Shown: piece after piece, positions 23,801 through 33,570 of the stretch | How positions within the stretch are numbered: position 1 is the stretch's first letter | Layout: each line of letters opens with the position of its first letter | Program-made: the position numbers and the translations under genes | Notes under the pieces: generated by a model | The model's database searches: none | What the model saw: the letters and a program-made list of their open reading frames with translations, nothing else | Told to the model about the DNA's origin: nothing | Virus record (IMG/VR): IMGVR_UViG_3300026442_000101 | Origin: a virus | Taxonomy: Duplodnaviria; Caudoviricetes | Length of the DNA stretch: 64,000 nt | Direction: 5' to 3' (one strand)

Positions 23801-23828
23801 CTATGTGTGACTGAAAACTTTTTAGATG
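23801..23828 (-). promoter_or_regulatory. Putative phage early promoter
   Basis: CATCTAAAAAGTTTTCAGTCACACATAG. Confidence 0.55.
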
Positions 23829-23877
23829 CGATAAGATGCGGCATAAGCGGGCGGTTTCCCGCCCGCCGTCTATGCCG

Positions 23878-24333
23878 TTACCAGTCGTACACGTAGAGCG
23901 TATCGGTAACGTTGTTATCACCGAACCGTGCTTCGATCAAAGGCCTGACCTCGGTCCTGTAATCCAACGTCCCCGTCGTTTCGCCACATCCGATCCTCGG
24001 GATATGACACTCCGTGATTAGATTCTGCTCCATGTACTTATCGAGCCGCGCCAGCGTTACCTTGATGAGATCAGGAACGGATGGATCAGGCCAATGGTAC
24101 TTGGTAGGAAGGAACGCTAAGGTGAATGCATCAACCTCGTAAGTTACGAGTTCGCCCGTTGCGATCCGGCCTCGTCTACATGCCTTGACGTAGTGCTCGT
24201 GAGCTTTCTTCCAGCGCTCCCGCATGTAACAGGCAAGGCCTTTACCAGCCACGCCTACGGTGTTTACCGGAATGCCTACGAGCGAGCCTTTAGGGGCCAG
24301 CTTCAGCATGTCTCCTTTTATATCGACAAGCAT
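23878..24333 (-). CDS. Macrodomain protein (ADP-ribose binding/hydrolase, DarG-like)
   Basis: KGDML, PVNTVGVAGKGLA, FLPTKYHW and IPRIGCG motifs. Confidence 0.88.
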   Translation of the reverse strand: MLVDIKGDMLKLAPKGSLVGIPVNTVGVAGKGLACYMRERWKKAHEHYVKACRRGRIATGELVTYEVDAFTLAFLPTKYHWPDPSVPDLIKVTLARLDKYMEQNLITECHIPRIGCGETTGTLDYRTEVRPLIEARFGDNNVTDTLYVYDW

Positions 24334-24337
24334 AGTC

Positions 24338-25087
24338 CTACCTCAGAATATCGCGCATCTCTAGAAGGACCTCTCTACCGTGCATGCTCTCGTAATACTC
24401 CAGTAGACCCGGAGATCCGTGGACCTGCAACATCTCCGTAGGTCTGGTTTCCATCTTCTTCAGCAGAGAGTCGTAGTCGCCATGAGCACTGGTGACGTCC
24501 TTGGCTGCATTCTTCGACATCCCAGGAATCCCTAGTGCATAGAGATGATCGGAAAACTCGATGGCGTGAGGGTCGTCGAGCATGGTCATCCAGTCCAGTG
24601 CATCGCGCATCGACATACCCACCTCGACCAAATGATGACCGCGCAGGGAATAGAGATCAGGGATGCCGCGCACCAACCCTTTGTCGTAAAGGGCCTTCAC
24701 GGTTACTTGCTCGAGGGGAGCTTTCATCAGGTCGAGGTATCGCACGATCCTAGGGATTATCTGGTCACGGCAACTGTGAGACTTGGTGCACTTAAGAGAG
24801 GTCTTCCGAGGATAGGTCAGCAGTGCGCTGTTACACGACGGGCATTTGTCAGGTATGGCGGTTGGATGAGCATCGACTGGACGTTCGCATTTAATGACCG
24901 AAGTGATCTCACCGAACTTGTCGACCTCGATAGTGTCGCCTACCAATACCGCGTGATAACTGAGCAGGTGAACGTTACGCAGAACCACCTGACCTTTATC
25001 GTCGAGGACGATCACCGGCTTCACGTCACCAGTGCTCGCGGTCATGAACACGATGTCCGTGACCACGGCGCGTTTACCGTTTAGCAT
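24338..25087 (-). CDS. Stand-alone fragment of NAD-dependent DNA ligase (OB + Zn finger + HhH), lacking adenylation and BRCT domains
   Basis: TGDVKPV, VGDTIEVDKFGEI, PDKCPSCNS...C...C, LYDKGLV...PDLYSL and LYALGIPG motifs. Confidence 0.8.
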   Translation of the reverse strand: MLNGKRAVVTDIVFMTASTGDVKPVIVLDDKGQVVLRNVHLLSYHAVLVGDTIEVDKFGEITSVIKCERPVDAHPTAIPDKCPSCNSALLTYPRKTSLKCTKSHSCRDQIIPRIVRYLDLMKAPLEQVTVKALYDKGLVRGIPDLYSLRGHHLVEVGMSMRDALDWMTMLDDPHAIEFSDHLYALGIPGMSKNAAKDVTSAHGDYDSLLKKMETRPTEMLQVHGSPGLLEYYESMHGREVLLEMRDILR

Positions 25088-25670
25088 TGTCTACCGCCCT
25101 TTGCATTAGTACCGAGCTGACGAAGTGATCGACTCGGTTAAATACATCTTCGTAATAGAGGTTGTACACCGGGATGAAATGCTCTACGGCAATCCGCACG
25201 GCAGTCGCCGTACCGCCTTTCACCCGACCTTGTTTACCGGACGGGATAGCCCAGGTGAGCACAAAGTCCACGTTGCTGCAAAGATCGTCTCCTAGGACCT
25301 GGTACGGGTTCCTGGAATGCAGCATGATCCCCTTCTCATAGAGGCCGTGCCAACTACCGCGCGCTAGCTCCGCAATGATCTTTGCTATGTCGTAGTTCTC
25401 AAACTTAGTAGCGTCGTAAAAACCGTTAGCTGGATCATGATGGAGATCAGCCATTCCATCCCATGCGAGATAGATGCGGTTCTTTGACTTATCGGAAGCT
25501 TTGTGGCCGTAAGCGCCCTTTAGCGCTGCGTAGTCCATCCCTTTAGGACAGCCTCCTGAATAAATGGCATAGCCTAGCTCTACGAGGATGTTTGTGAACC
25601 TCTTAGCGAGCAGGCATACATTGTCTGGGGTTTCCCTCGAGCCGATGACGGCAACTCGTTTGGTAGCCAC
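25074..25670 (-). CDS. SLOG/DprA-like domain protein
   Basis: RVAVIGSRETP, SGGCPKGMD, RN.YQVLG and GGTATAVRIA motifs. Confidence 0.8.
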   Translation of the reverse strand: MATKRVAVIGSRETPDNVCLLAKRFTNILVELGYAIYSGGCPKGMDYAALKGAYGHKASDKSKNRIYLAWDGMADLHHDPANGFYDATKFENYDIAKIIAELARGSWHGLYEKGIMLHSRNPYQVLGDDLCSNVDFVLTWAIPSGKQGRVKGGTATAVRIAVEHFIPVYNLYYEDVFNRVDHFVSSVLMQRAVDNAKR

Positions 25671-25751
25671 ATTGCCTCCAAAAGATCCTATGGGAGTGGG
25701 TCTGTTTGCTACGATCCACCGTTTCTATAATAGCTGTGGCGAGCGTGTAAA

Positions 25752-26918
25752 ATGACAGGTATTTTGAAGCAGCTATCGGCCAGTTGTATCGCTAATGTTG
25801 CCACGGATAACTACGAGGCCGAGGCTGCAAAGATCCTCCATCTGAACGACCAGATCGATCGAGCGACTCAGGCTCTCAACATCGTCAGCGGGTACGATCG
25901 TAAACTCGCCGATGGTTGGTTACCAACCACTCAGTTCGACCGCAGCAACTACCAGCAAAGCATGGAGAGCGCAAGTGCGCTCACTTATGACTTCATGCAG
26001 CTGGACGTCGGTTACAGCACTGAGGCCTCTGAAAAGTCTCCGGGTATGCTCAAGCGTATCTGGGAATGGATCAAAGCGGCCGTTTCCAACTTGATGAAGA
26101 TGATTCGCAAGTTCATGGGGCTGCAGAAGACCAAGCTCATCCGCGTTGAGGCCGACCTCAAGAAGATGCTGGAAGCCATCGGTCGTATCGCAAAGGATAA
26201 AGCCGAGCCATTCTCCGATAGTCGCCGTCCTAACGACCCGTACGTGATCAACGCCAGTGGCGCGTTTGTTGGTACGGGGAACATTCGTTCAGGTCTGGAC
26301 GCTTGTGCCAAAGCCACCAATACCATCGTCAGTAACATCGAGAAGTTGGTGAACTTCGACGCGACATCGGTAACTCCGGTCAAGAACAAAGTCGAGACCG
26401 GCGGTATGATCCGGAGCAAGTTAGGCCTTGAGTACAAATTCAATCTAATCGGCGAAATGAAGCTCGACATCGGCATCGCGACCGTTAACGTTGAGGGCCG
26501 TTCCGGTATGAAGCACCACACTTATACCGGCGCTGTACTCGCAGCCTCTGCCATGAAAGAGGCCTGCCAAACTTCCCTCAAAGCCATCGATGAACTAAGC
26601 AGTGGCGAAGCCGCTGCCGTCAAGTCGCTGAATAAGTTCGATCAGCGGATCGAGGCTATTCGTAAGAAGAATTACGAAGCGCTGGGCAATCGCCACTACG
26701 ATGCCATGAAGCAGAAGATGGAAGCAAACCGCCGGGGACCTCAGGTCGATTACGACAAGCTGGAACAAGACGCCAACGTATTCAACGCCTTGACCACCAT
26801 GATCGACTCTCACTGCCGTGCGATCAGTCAGACCTACTTCGCTGGGCTGACTTACCTCGGTTCGATCAAGCATTTCGTGCGCGCGAACCTCGAACAATAT
26901 CGAGAGCTAGCCGAGTAA
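25752..26918 (+). CDS. phiKZ-like internal head protein paralog
   Basis: Propeptide with SME/STE sites followed by an ..LKRIWEWIKAAVSNL amphipathic helix. Confidence 0.8.
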   Translation: MTGILKQLSASCIANVATDNYEAEAAKILHLNDQIDRATQALNIVSGYDRKLADGWLPTTQFDRSNYQQSMESASALTYDFMQLDVGYSTEASEKSPGMLKRIWEWIKAAVSNLMKMIRKFMGLQKTKLIRVEADLKKMLEAIGRIAKDKAEPFSDSRRPNDPYVINASGAFVGTGNIRSGLDACAKATNTIVSNIEKLVNFDATSVTPVKNKVETGGMIRSKLGLEYKFNLIGEMKLDIGIATVNVEGRSGMKHHTYTGAVLAASAMKEACQTSLKAIDELSSGEAAAVKSLNKFDQRIEAIRKKNYEALGNRHYDAMKQKMEANRRGPQVDYDKLEQDANVFNALTTMIDSHCRAISQTYFAGLTYLGSIKHFVRANLEQYRELAE

Positions 26919-26961
26919 CCAAATTCTATAGCCATCCATTCCCCTGATCAGGAAGTGAAAC

Positions 26962-28377
26962 ATGAGCATCTTCAAGCAACTGGCTGGCGCCTCGATGGAA
27001 AGCCTCGCACCGAGCGAGGAAGTCATCGCAGCCCAAGCCCAAGCCGCAGCAGCCGAAGAAGAGCGTGAAGTAATCACCCTCTCCGACGAAATCGACTCCG
27101 ACATCGAAGTTATCGGTGCCATCGGTAACGACATCGAAAAATCCGCCGACGAAGTGTCCAAGGCTTCCGTAGCCTCCGGCGCTATCGAGAATCTGGTTGA
27201 CCAGACCATCGAAACCTACGGCGAAGACGGCATCACCGAACAAGGTGCAGCCATCCTGCAATCCTCGATGGAATCGGTGCTCAAGGCTGCTGGCCTCGAC
27301 ATCCCGGTGTCCATGCTCGTCCCATCGTTCGAAAGCGGTATGACTCGTACCGACTACTCGACCGAAGCCGAAGAGAAGAAGGGCGGCGTCATCAGCCGCA
27401 TCCTGAAGTGGCTGGCTGACGCCTACCACGCTGTGATCGACGGCATCAGCAACTTCTTCACCCGCTTCTTCGTTACTGCTGGTCGTGTCCAGAAGTACGT
27501 CGACAAGGTCAAAGACAAAGTCAACGCCCAGAAGGGTGATGGCGGCGCTGGTGAGATCAGCCTGGGTGGCGAGATCCTCTTCATCGATGGCGGCAACCCT
27601 TCGGCCAGCCTGAACAAGAACGTTCAGGTCTTCCAGAAGTTCGTTCAGCGCTGGACCAGCACCTTCGGCCCTATCGCCGATATCAAGGTCGGTGGTCTGC
27701 AGGAAACCTTCAGCTCCGCTACCAACGCGATGAGCGGCATGATGGAATCCGGCGTTACCCACCTCAAGGGTCTCGAGATCGTTCCTGGCTATTCGGTCGA
27801 GGTGTCGAAAGGCGCCAACAACGAGTTCCCGATGATCGGCGCCAAGCTGAAAGTCGAAGGTAAGGAAAAGCCGAAGGACACCAAAGTCCGTGGCGTTTCG
27901 CTGTCTGATTGCAAGTCCGGTATCGAGGTGTGCGACAAGGCACTGAAAGTCCTGGATGGCATGAAGACCAAGGTCGATGAATGGCTGAAAGATGCCAAGC
28001 GTCTGCAGAAGTGGGCGTCCTCGAATGCCTTCAACCAAAGCATGCTGGCCAAGGTTGAGGATAACGTTCACATGAAGGCTCAGCAGCTTCGTCACCGCGA
28101 CATGCTGAAGTCCGTCGTCGGCGCTTCGCAGGTCATGGCTCAAGGCTGGGCACAGGCAGCTCCTCTGTTCCTGCGCTCCGTCAAGGCGCACGCCGCCTGG
28201 GTTGACCGCAGCTGCCGTGGTTCGGCTGGTCAGGACAAAGATGCTCCTGAGCTGAAGACCATCAAGCCTGATGACAACAAGGCCATCGGCTACGACGCTA
28301 CCGGCAAGAAGAGCACCTCCTACGGCAACGGTAAGGAGCCTGAGAAAGAAGGCACCACTTACCAGAAACGAAAGTAA
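26962..28377 (+). CDS. phiKZ-like internal head protein paralog
   Basis: ASMES, SSMES, PSFES and YSTEAEE followed by VISRILKWLADA. Confidence 0.85.
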   Translation: MSIFKQLAGASMESLAPSEEVIAAQAQAAAAEEEREVITLSDEIDSDIEVIGAIGNDIEKSADEVSKASVASGAIENLVDQTIETYGEDGITEQGAAILQSSMESVLKAAGLDIPVSMLVPSFESGMTRTDYSTEAEEKKGGVISRILKWLADAYHAVIDGISNFFTRFFVTAGRVQKYVDKVKDKVNAQKGDGGAGEISLGGEILFIDGGNPSASLNKNVQVFQKFVQRWTSTFGPIADIKVGGLQETFSSATNAMSGMMESGVTHLKGLEIVPGYSVEVSKGANNEFPMIGAKLKVEGKEKPKDTKVRGVSLSDCKSGIEVCDKALKVLDGMKTKVDEWLKDAKRLQKWASSNAFNQSMLAKVEDNVHMKAQQLRHRDMLKSVVGASQVMAQGWAQAAPLFLRSVKAHAAWVDRSCRGSAGQDKDAPELKTIKPDDNKAIGYDATGKKSTSYGNGKEPEKEGTTYQKRK

Positions 28378-28388
28378 GGGGATGGTGA

Positions 28389-29630
28389 ATGGGCGCCTCG
28401 CTGCTTAAGCAATTGTCGGCAGTGTCGGCGCCACACAAACCTCAAGTTGATCACAGCCTCGAGAGCGCTATCGTCGAGGCTGCTGCCACCGCGGACGGCA
28501 ATATCGAAAGTTTGTCTGATATTGCCGCTACGGTTAATCAACATGTCGGGGAGATCTCGACTGGGATTTGCGTGGCGGACAGTCTGACCGACGTAGTCGA
28601 CAACACCATCGCTATTTATGGCGAAGGCGGTATCGACGAACAGGGTGCTGAGCTTCTCAGGATCTCTGTGGAATCCATCCTCAAGGTAGGTGGTATAAAC
28701 ATCCCTGCCGAGATGGTCGCTCCTTCCTTCGAATCTGTGACCGGTAATTACTCCGCCGAAGTGGCAACCCAGAAGGGTAATGTCATTTCCAGGATCATGA
28801 CCTGGCTGCACGCTGCTCTGCAATCGATCAGCGAATCGATGAAGTCCTTCTGGCTACGCCTCACCAACAGCAGTAAGTCGGTGGAGGAGTACGCTAAGAA
28901 GGTCGCCGAGAGAGTCAAGGCCGTGGATGGCGAGTTGAAGGATCCTGCTGCTACCATCAACGTAGGTGCTGATGCGCTCTGGTTGACTGGTCGTAGCGAT
29001 CATATCTCCAAGCCAGATCGCCATGTCGTGGAAACAGTGGCACGCTTCGAAGACTTCGTCGTCGAATGGCGTAACCTGTGGGGTAGCATCATCGACTTCC
29101 AGTTCCCGTCGCCGTTGAGCGATCCGAAGAACATGGAGGTGTTGAACAAGAAGCTGCATGATCTTGCCGTCTCCACCGTGAAGGGTACCAAGCCTGTCAA
29201 GATCGACATCACCGTGGGTCATGCTATCGACCTCAAGCCAGGTGCTGGCGAAGTCCCGATGCTGACTGCGACCACTAAGGTGGTTGTCAACGTGACGGTC
29301 AAAGACAAGACCGCTCCTGTGCTCACCAAGGATGAGATGAAACACGGTATCGATACCGTGCTCGAAGCCTTCGGTGTGCTGAAGAAGCTGGAGAAGGACA
29401 TGGACAAAGTGGGTCAGACCACTCTGCGTGTCTCCCGGCTGACCAAGAGCGTCTCGGTCAAAGACACCGGTGTCGAGATCAAAGAGAGTGAGCTGCGTCA
29501 AACGCTGAAGGCTCTCTCCAAGGCTTGCGGCTTCGCCTCTTGGGGCTGGACCAACGCCGTACCGTATTACCTCAAAACCCTCAAGGCTTGTGTCAAGTAC
29601 ATTGACGCATCGGCCAGCCGTTACTCTTGA
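28389..29630 (+). CDS. phiKZ-like internal head protein paralog
   Basis: SLES, SVES, PSFES; propeptide closely similar to the 26962 gene. Confidence 0.85.
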   Translation: MGASLLKQLSAVSAPHKPQVDHSLESAIVEAAATADGNIESLSDIAATVNQHVGEISTGICVADSLTDVVDNTIAIYGEGGIDEQGAELLRISVESILKVGGINIPAEMVAPSFESVTGNYSAEVATQKGNVISRIMTWLHAALQSISESMKSFWLRLTNSSKSVEEYAKKVAERVKAVDGELKDPAATINVGADALWLTGRSDHISKPDRHVVETVARFEDFVVEWRNLWGSIIDFQFPSPLSDPKNMEVLNKKLHDLAVSTVKGTKPVKIDITVGHAIDLKPGAGEVPMLTATTKVVVNVTVKDKTAPVLTKDEMKHGIDTVLEAFGVLKKLEKDMDKVGQTTLRVSRLTKSVSVKDTGVEIKESELRQTLKALSKACGFASWGWTNAVPYYLKTLKACVKYIDASASRYS

Positions 29631-29645
29631 TAGAGGATTCACCCA

Positions 29646-30932
29646 ATGTTCGTTCATGACGACGCACTGCAACAAGCCGCGGCCCAGGCGCAACTGGAAG
29701 AGAACCCGACCGCTCTGGTCGAGTGCATGGTCGAAGAAGCAGCCGGTGAGCTGAACAACGCCGTGATCGCCGCTGACGCTTCCGGTCAGGAAGTGGTCAA
29801 GATCGCTGAAGTGACCGAATCGCTCGAGTCCTTCATCCACGGCATCTTCGAGCAGGTTCCTGCTGCCGAGTGGAACGCCAAGGTTGCCCGTCAGTACCAG
29901 GTAGGTGTTGGCTCTATCTTCGCTGCCGCTGGCGTTCCGATGGATTCGCGGATCTACTCCGCCTCCTTCGAAGATGCTGGTAAAGAGCAGACCAACGAAG
30001 AGAACCGCGCCGAGTCCGAGACCAAGGGCAAGAACATCGTCAAGCGCATGTGGGAAGCCTTCCTGAAAGCCCTGGCGTCGCTGGCTAGCAACATCATGCT
30101 GTTCGCCGGTAAAGTCGGTAAGAGCGCCCTGGCCTGCCGTAAGGCCGGCGAGAACCTGTGGGCTCGTGCCAAGAAAGCCAAGGGCACTCCAAAGAAGGAT
30201 ACCTTCGACGGGGCTCCGGCTTGGGGCAAGTACCTGTACAAGAACGGCAGTCAGGGCAAGCCGGCCGCTGCTGTTGCTTCGGCGACCTACGAGCTGATGC
30301 ACGTAGCCGTTCCGACCATCGACGCTTACTCCAAGATGGCCGAAGTCTTCTCCAAGGCCGTTGCCGAAGGCGATGTGCTCGACGACGACAAGTTCTCGAA
30401 AGACCTGAAGGACATCGCCGATGAAGGTGGTGATCTCTTCGGTGGTCAGAAGCTCGAGATCGAAGTCTCCGAAGACAAGCTGGTCCCTGGTATCAAAGCC
30501 AAGATCACCAAGACTGCTCCGGCCGTCAAGGACATCAAAGTCCTGACCATCACCGAGATCAATGAACTCGGTACCGCTATCACCAACGTGGCGGACAGCA
30601 TGGAGAAAGTCGAAGGTGGCGTGAAGGCTGCGGTGAAGGGTCTCGAGAAGATTCGTCGCAACATCCACAGCGCCGCGAATAAAGCGACCCCGACCCGTCT
30701 TCGTTCTTCGCAGCTGTCGGACATGATCAGCAACATCACCTCGATGGCCAAGGTTATCCTGCCTTACTCGGCTAACCTGGTGCAGGACGCCTACAGCCAC
30801 GGCTCCGCTTCGCTGAAGATGTACAAAGGCGACTCGCCGGCTGTTGAAGACAGCAAGGGCGGTGACGAGAAGGAAGTGAAGAAGGAAGAACCGAAGGCTG
30901 GCGACAAAGAGGATGGGAAGAAGGATGACTGA
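29646..30932 (+). CDS. phiKZ-like internal head protein paralog
   Basis: ESLES, ASFED, NIVKRMWEAF. Confidence 0.85.
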   Translation: MFVHDDALQQAAAQAQLEENPTALVECMVEEAAGELNNAVIAADASGQEVVKIAEVTESLESFIHGIFEQVPAAEWNAKVARQYQVGVGSIFAAAGVPMDSRIYSASFEDAGKEQTNEENRAESETKGKNIVKRMWEAFLKALASLASNIMLFAGKVGKSALACRKAGENLWARAKKAKGTPKKDTFDGAPAWGKYLYKNGSQGKPAAAVASATYELMHVAVPTIDAYSKMAEVFSKAVAEGDVLDDDKFSKDLKDIADEGGDLFGGQKLEIEVSEDKLVPGIKAKITKTAPAVKDIKVLTITEINELGTAITNVADSMEKVEGGVKAAVKGLEKIRRNIHSAANKATPTRLRSSQLSDMISNITSMAKVILPYSANLVQDAYSHGSASLKMYKGDSPAVEDSKGGDEKEVKKEEPKAGDKEDGKKDD

Positions 30933-32064
30933 TACTAGCCTGTTTCCCGAAACCCCTGCTGAGGACCTTGGTCCTCTGACCGAAGCCGAAGTAGACGGAC
31001 CGATCTTCGATCCAGTTGACGACGTGCAGTTAGGCGAAAGCGTGGGCAACCTCGAGAAACTCGCTAGCATTACCGAGAGCCTGGAGTCGTACACTGCCAG
31101 GTTCTTGGATACCGTTCCTGCCGACAAGTGGACTGACAAGACCTCGGTGCAGTTTTATACCGGGGCTGGCCAGATCCTCTCGGCAGGGGGTATTGTCCTC
31201 GACACCCCACTCTTCGATCTATCCACCGAAGCGTCCGATAAGGCCGGTATCGGCGGGGCAATGAAATCGTTCTTGGCCCGCTTGTGGGAATCCTTCCGTG
31301 GGTTGCTGGCTATGGTGGTTGACAAAGTCACCCAGCTGGTCGTCAACTACGGGAAGACTTCCAAGGCGGTCAGAAAGATGATCATGGCGATGAATAACTT
31401 GCAAGACAAGTTTCCAGACGCCAACCCGCCTAACGGCATGTCGTTCGACATGGTTCCTTCGTGGTCTGACTACCTGATGTACAAGGGTAACCAAGTATCG
31501 GCGCGTGCTTCTCTTGAGGCCGCGATCGGTATCTTGCAGACCGAGGCTCTGAAGTGGATGGATGCCTTCATCGATCCGGCTGATGCTTGCATCAAGATGG
31601 CGTTGGGCGGTAAGCCAGTTACCATGGAGTACCTGAACACCATCGCAGCACCTCCTTCGAAGACCATCGAATGGCCTGGTGGTACGTCCATTGAATTTAC
31701 AGTGGACCTCACCAAGCCTGGTGGTTCGATCCTGAACACCTCAGTGAGTGTCGTGAAGAATCCTAAGCGACCTCACCGCGTAGATGTCCTGAGCGATGTC
31801 GAGATCAAACATGTGGCTGAACGCATGGAAGATCTGGCTCGCGCCATGAACCTTGTTGAGAAAGGCCTCAAGGCCCGTATCAGCACCATGCAGAGCATCC
31901 AACGCAGGATCGGGAAGGAAGCGCTGCCGGTAAGTCCTGCTGCGATCGCTTCGATGATCAAAAGCATGATTGCCGTGCCTCGCATCGTACTACCAACGTC
32001 TGGCGCACTTGCTCAGAAAGTCTTTGCGCATGCCAACAACAGCATTCGCAGAAACGCTCGATAG
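30925..32064 (+). CDS. phiKZ-like internal head protein paralog
   Basis: ESLES, LSTEA, FLARLWESF; likely start MTDTSLF at 30925. Confidence 0.8.
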   Translation: MTDTSLFPETPAEDLGPLTEAEVDGPIFDPVDDVQLGESVGNLEKLASITESLESYTARFLDTVPADKWTDKTSVQFYTGAGQILSAGGIVLDTPLFDLSTEASDKAGIGGAMKSFLARLWESFRGLLAMVVDKVTQLVVNYGKTSKAVRKMIMAMNNLQDKFPDANPPNGMSFDMVPSWSDYLMYKGNQVSARASLEAAIGILQTEALKWMDAFIDPADACIKMALGGKPVTMEYLNTIAAPPSKTIEWPGGTSIEFTVDLTKPGGSILNTSVSVVKNPKRPHRVDVLSDVEIKHVAERMEDLARAMNLVEKGLKARISTMQSIQRRIGKEALPVSPAAIASMIKSMIAVPRIVLPTSGALAQKVFAHANNSIRRNAR

Positions 32065-32065
32065 C

Positions 32066-32113
32066 AAAAAAAAAGACAGCATAGAGCAGGTGGGTTTCCC
32101 CACCTGCTCTATG
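32066..32113 (-). terminator. Terminator between convergent genes
   Basis: Long perfect stem CATAGAGCAGGTGGG/CCCACCTGCTCTATG with a T9 tract on the minus strand. Confidence 0.85.
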
Positions 32114-32117
32114 TCGT

Positions 32118-32594
32118 TTATGCCGCATCCTGCTCCACCGCACTATATCGAGCGTAATCTGGAAGGAATGCGCTCGTGTCGTAATTACGACGGATGAACG
32201 GATGAGTGAAGCTCATGTAGACACGTCCCTCAATGATGCCGCGCTTGACAAACTCAGCAGCTACCAAGCTCACGACCTCGTGGTAATCGAAGTCGATGAA
32301 CTCGCGCCACTTCAGGACGATGTCGTACTCGTAGCCTTCACGTCTTGCAGTACCGATGGTGAGGATCTCTTCTGGGAAGACCACCTCATCCATTACGATA
32401 TCGTAAGCGTGGAGGCTGTCGGCCATTGGGTAGAGTGTGTTCTTAGCCAGCGCTCGTGGGGCGCGTTTGATCAAACGTTTAGCGCAGTTCTGCACGGCTC
32501 TGTTATCGTCCAGATTGAGCAGTGCGGCGATTGCGAGGGTTGTGAAGATATCTTGCTTGAGTGCAGAGAGATCAGGAGTCTTCCCTTTCATCAC
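32118..32594 (-). CDS. Hypothetical protein
   Basis: 158-aa ORF. Confidence 0.7.
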   Translation of the reverse strand: MMKGKTPDLSALKQDIFTTLAIAALLNLDDNRAVQNCAKRLIKRAPRALAKNTLYPMADSLHAYDIVMDEVVFPEEILTIGTARREGYEYDIVLKWREFIDFDYHEVVSLVAAEFVKRGIIEGRVYMSFTHPFIRRNYDTSAFLPDYARYSAVEQDAA

Positions 32595-32820
32595 GGCTCC
32601 TAAGGGGTATTCGTAAGTGGGTGTTGTCGACGGTAAGGATCAGAAGGTCTCTACCGACGGCGTAGGTGTAATCGCTAATATCTAAAGCTCGAGTGAGTTC
32701 GCTTACGGTGTGGTCCTTTAGCCAGTATTGGACTGCTAGAGAGATCACCATTGGCGCTTCATTGAAGTTTGACTTGGAAATGTTGCCGATGTCTTCGATC
32801 AGCTGGTCAGCACTGTTCAA
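32572..32820 (-). CDS. Hypothetical protein
   Basis: 82-aa ORF overlapping its neighbours. Confidence 0.6.
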   Translation of the reverse strand: MNSADQLIEDIGNISKSNFNEAPMVISLAVQYWLKDHTVSELTRALDISDYTYAVGRDLLILTVDNTHLRIPLRSRDEREDS

Positions 32821-33460
32821 GGAGCGTACTCGTAGCTATTGCTAGCTCCGACCTCTGCACGCGCACTGTCATGGTACTGTTGATATCGGGATGATTCATT
32901 ACGATGTGGTGTTTCAGGGCGTATTCGATATCCTGCCTGAAATCCCAAGGGAAGTCTGCATCCCCAGGCCCTACCACGTCTAGCACCATCTTTCTTAAGA
33001 TGCCGGACTCGGTATCGAACATGACAGTTACTTGGCCTAATGTCTCCCCAGTGTCGGCCTTGAGCACATGGAGAGTCCCTTCCGGTCCATTGAAACTGAA
33101 CAGTTGTTTCTCAAGATCCTTGATGAGGTTCTTGATCTTGCAGGTGTCGTTATTGAGCGAATACTCACGACACTCTTTAAGGGCGCTAGAAGCTCGTCCT
33201 TGCATTCCTATATCGAGGATGTACGATTCAACGGGTTCGACGTAATCTCCTTTAATAAGCAGGTCTGAGAGCCTTAGAAAGACCTCGTCCGTCTTGATCA
33301 ATCCTTCACGGATGATCTGGTCCAAGAAATCACTGTAATCGAATGGTTTCTTTACGGTGAACTGCTTGTGAATGATGTTCGTTCCTTCAGTTCGAACGAC
33401 TAAGCTTAACATTACTCCTTGATCGACTTGCGGTCGATCCGGTGATAGGACAACACTCAT
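32807..33460 (-). CDS. Hypothetical protein
   Basis: 217-aa ORF with GAGG SD. Confidence 0.7.
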   Translation of the reverse strand: MSVVLSPDRPQVDQGVMLSLVVRTEGTNIIHKQFTVKKPFDYSDFLDQIIREGLIKTDEVFLRLSDLLIKGDYVEPVESYILDIGMQGRASSALKECREYSLNNDTCKIKNLIKDLEKQLFSFNGPEGTLHVLKADTGETLGQVTVMFDTESGILRKMVLDVVGPGDADFPWDFRQDIEYALKHHIVMNHPDINSTMTVRVQRSELAIATSTLLEQC

Positions 33461-33570
33461 TGATTGCCACCTCGATTCTTAAAACCATCTGGGATCCCTT
33501 TCACCCAACTAAAAAGAAACTGGGGCAAGATGCCCCAGTGAATTCATGCAGGTAATGTATCACCTCAGAA

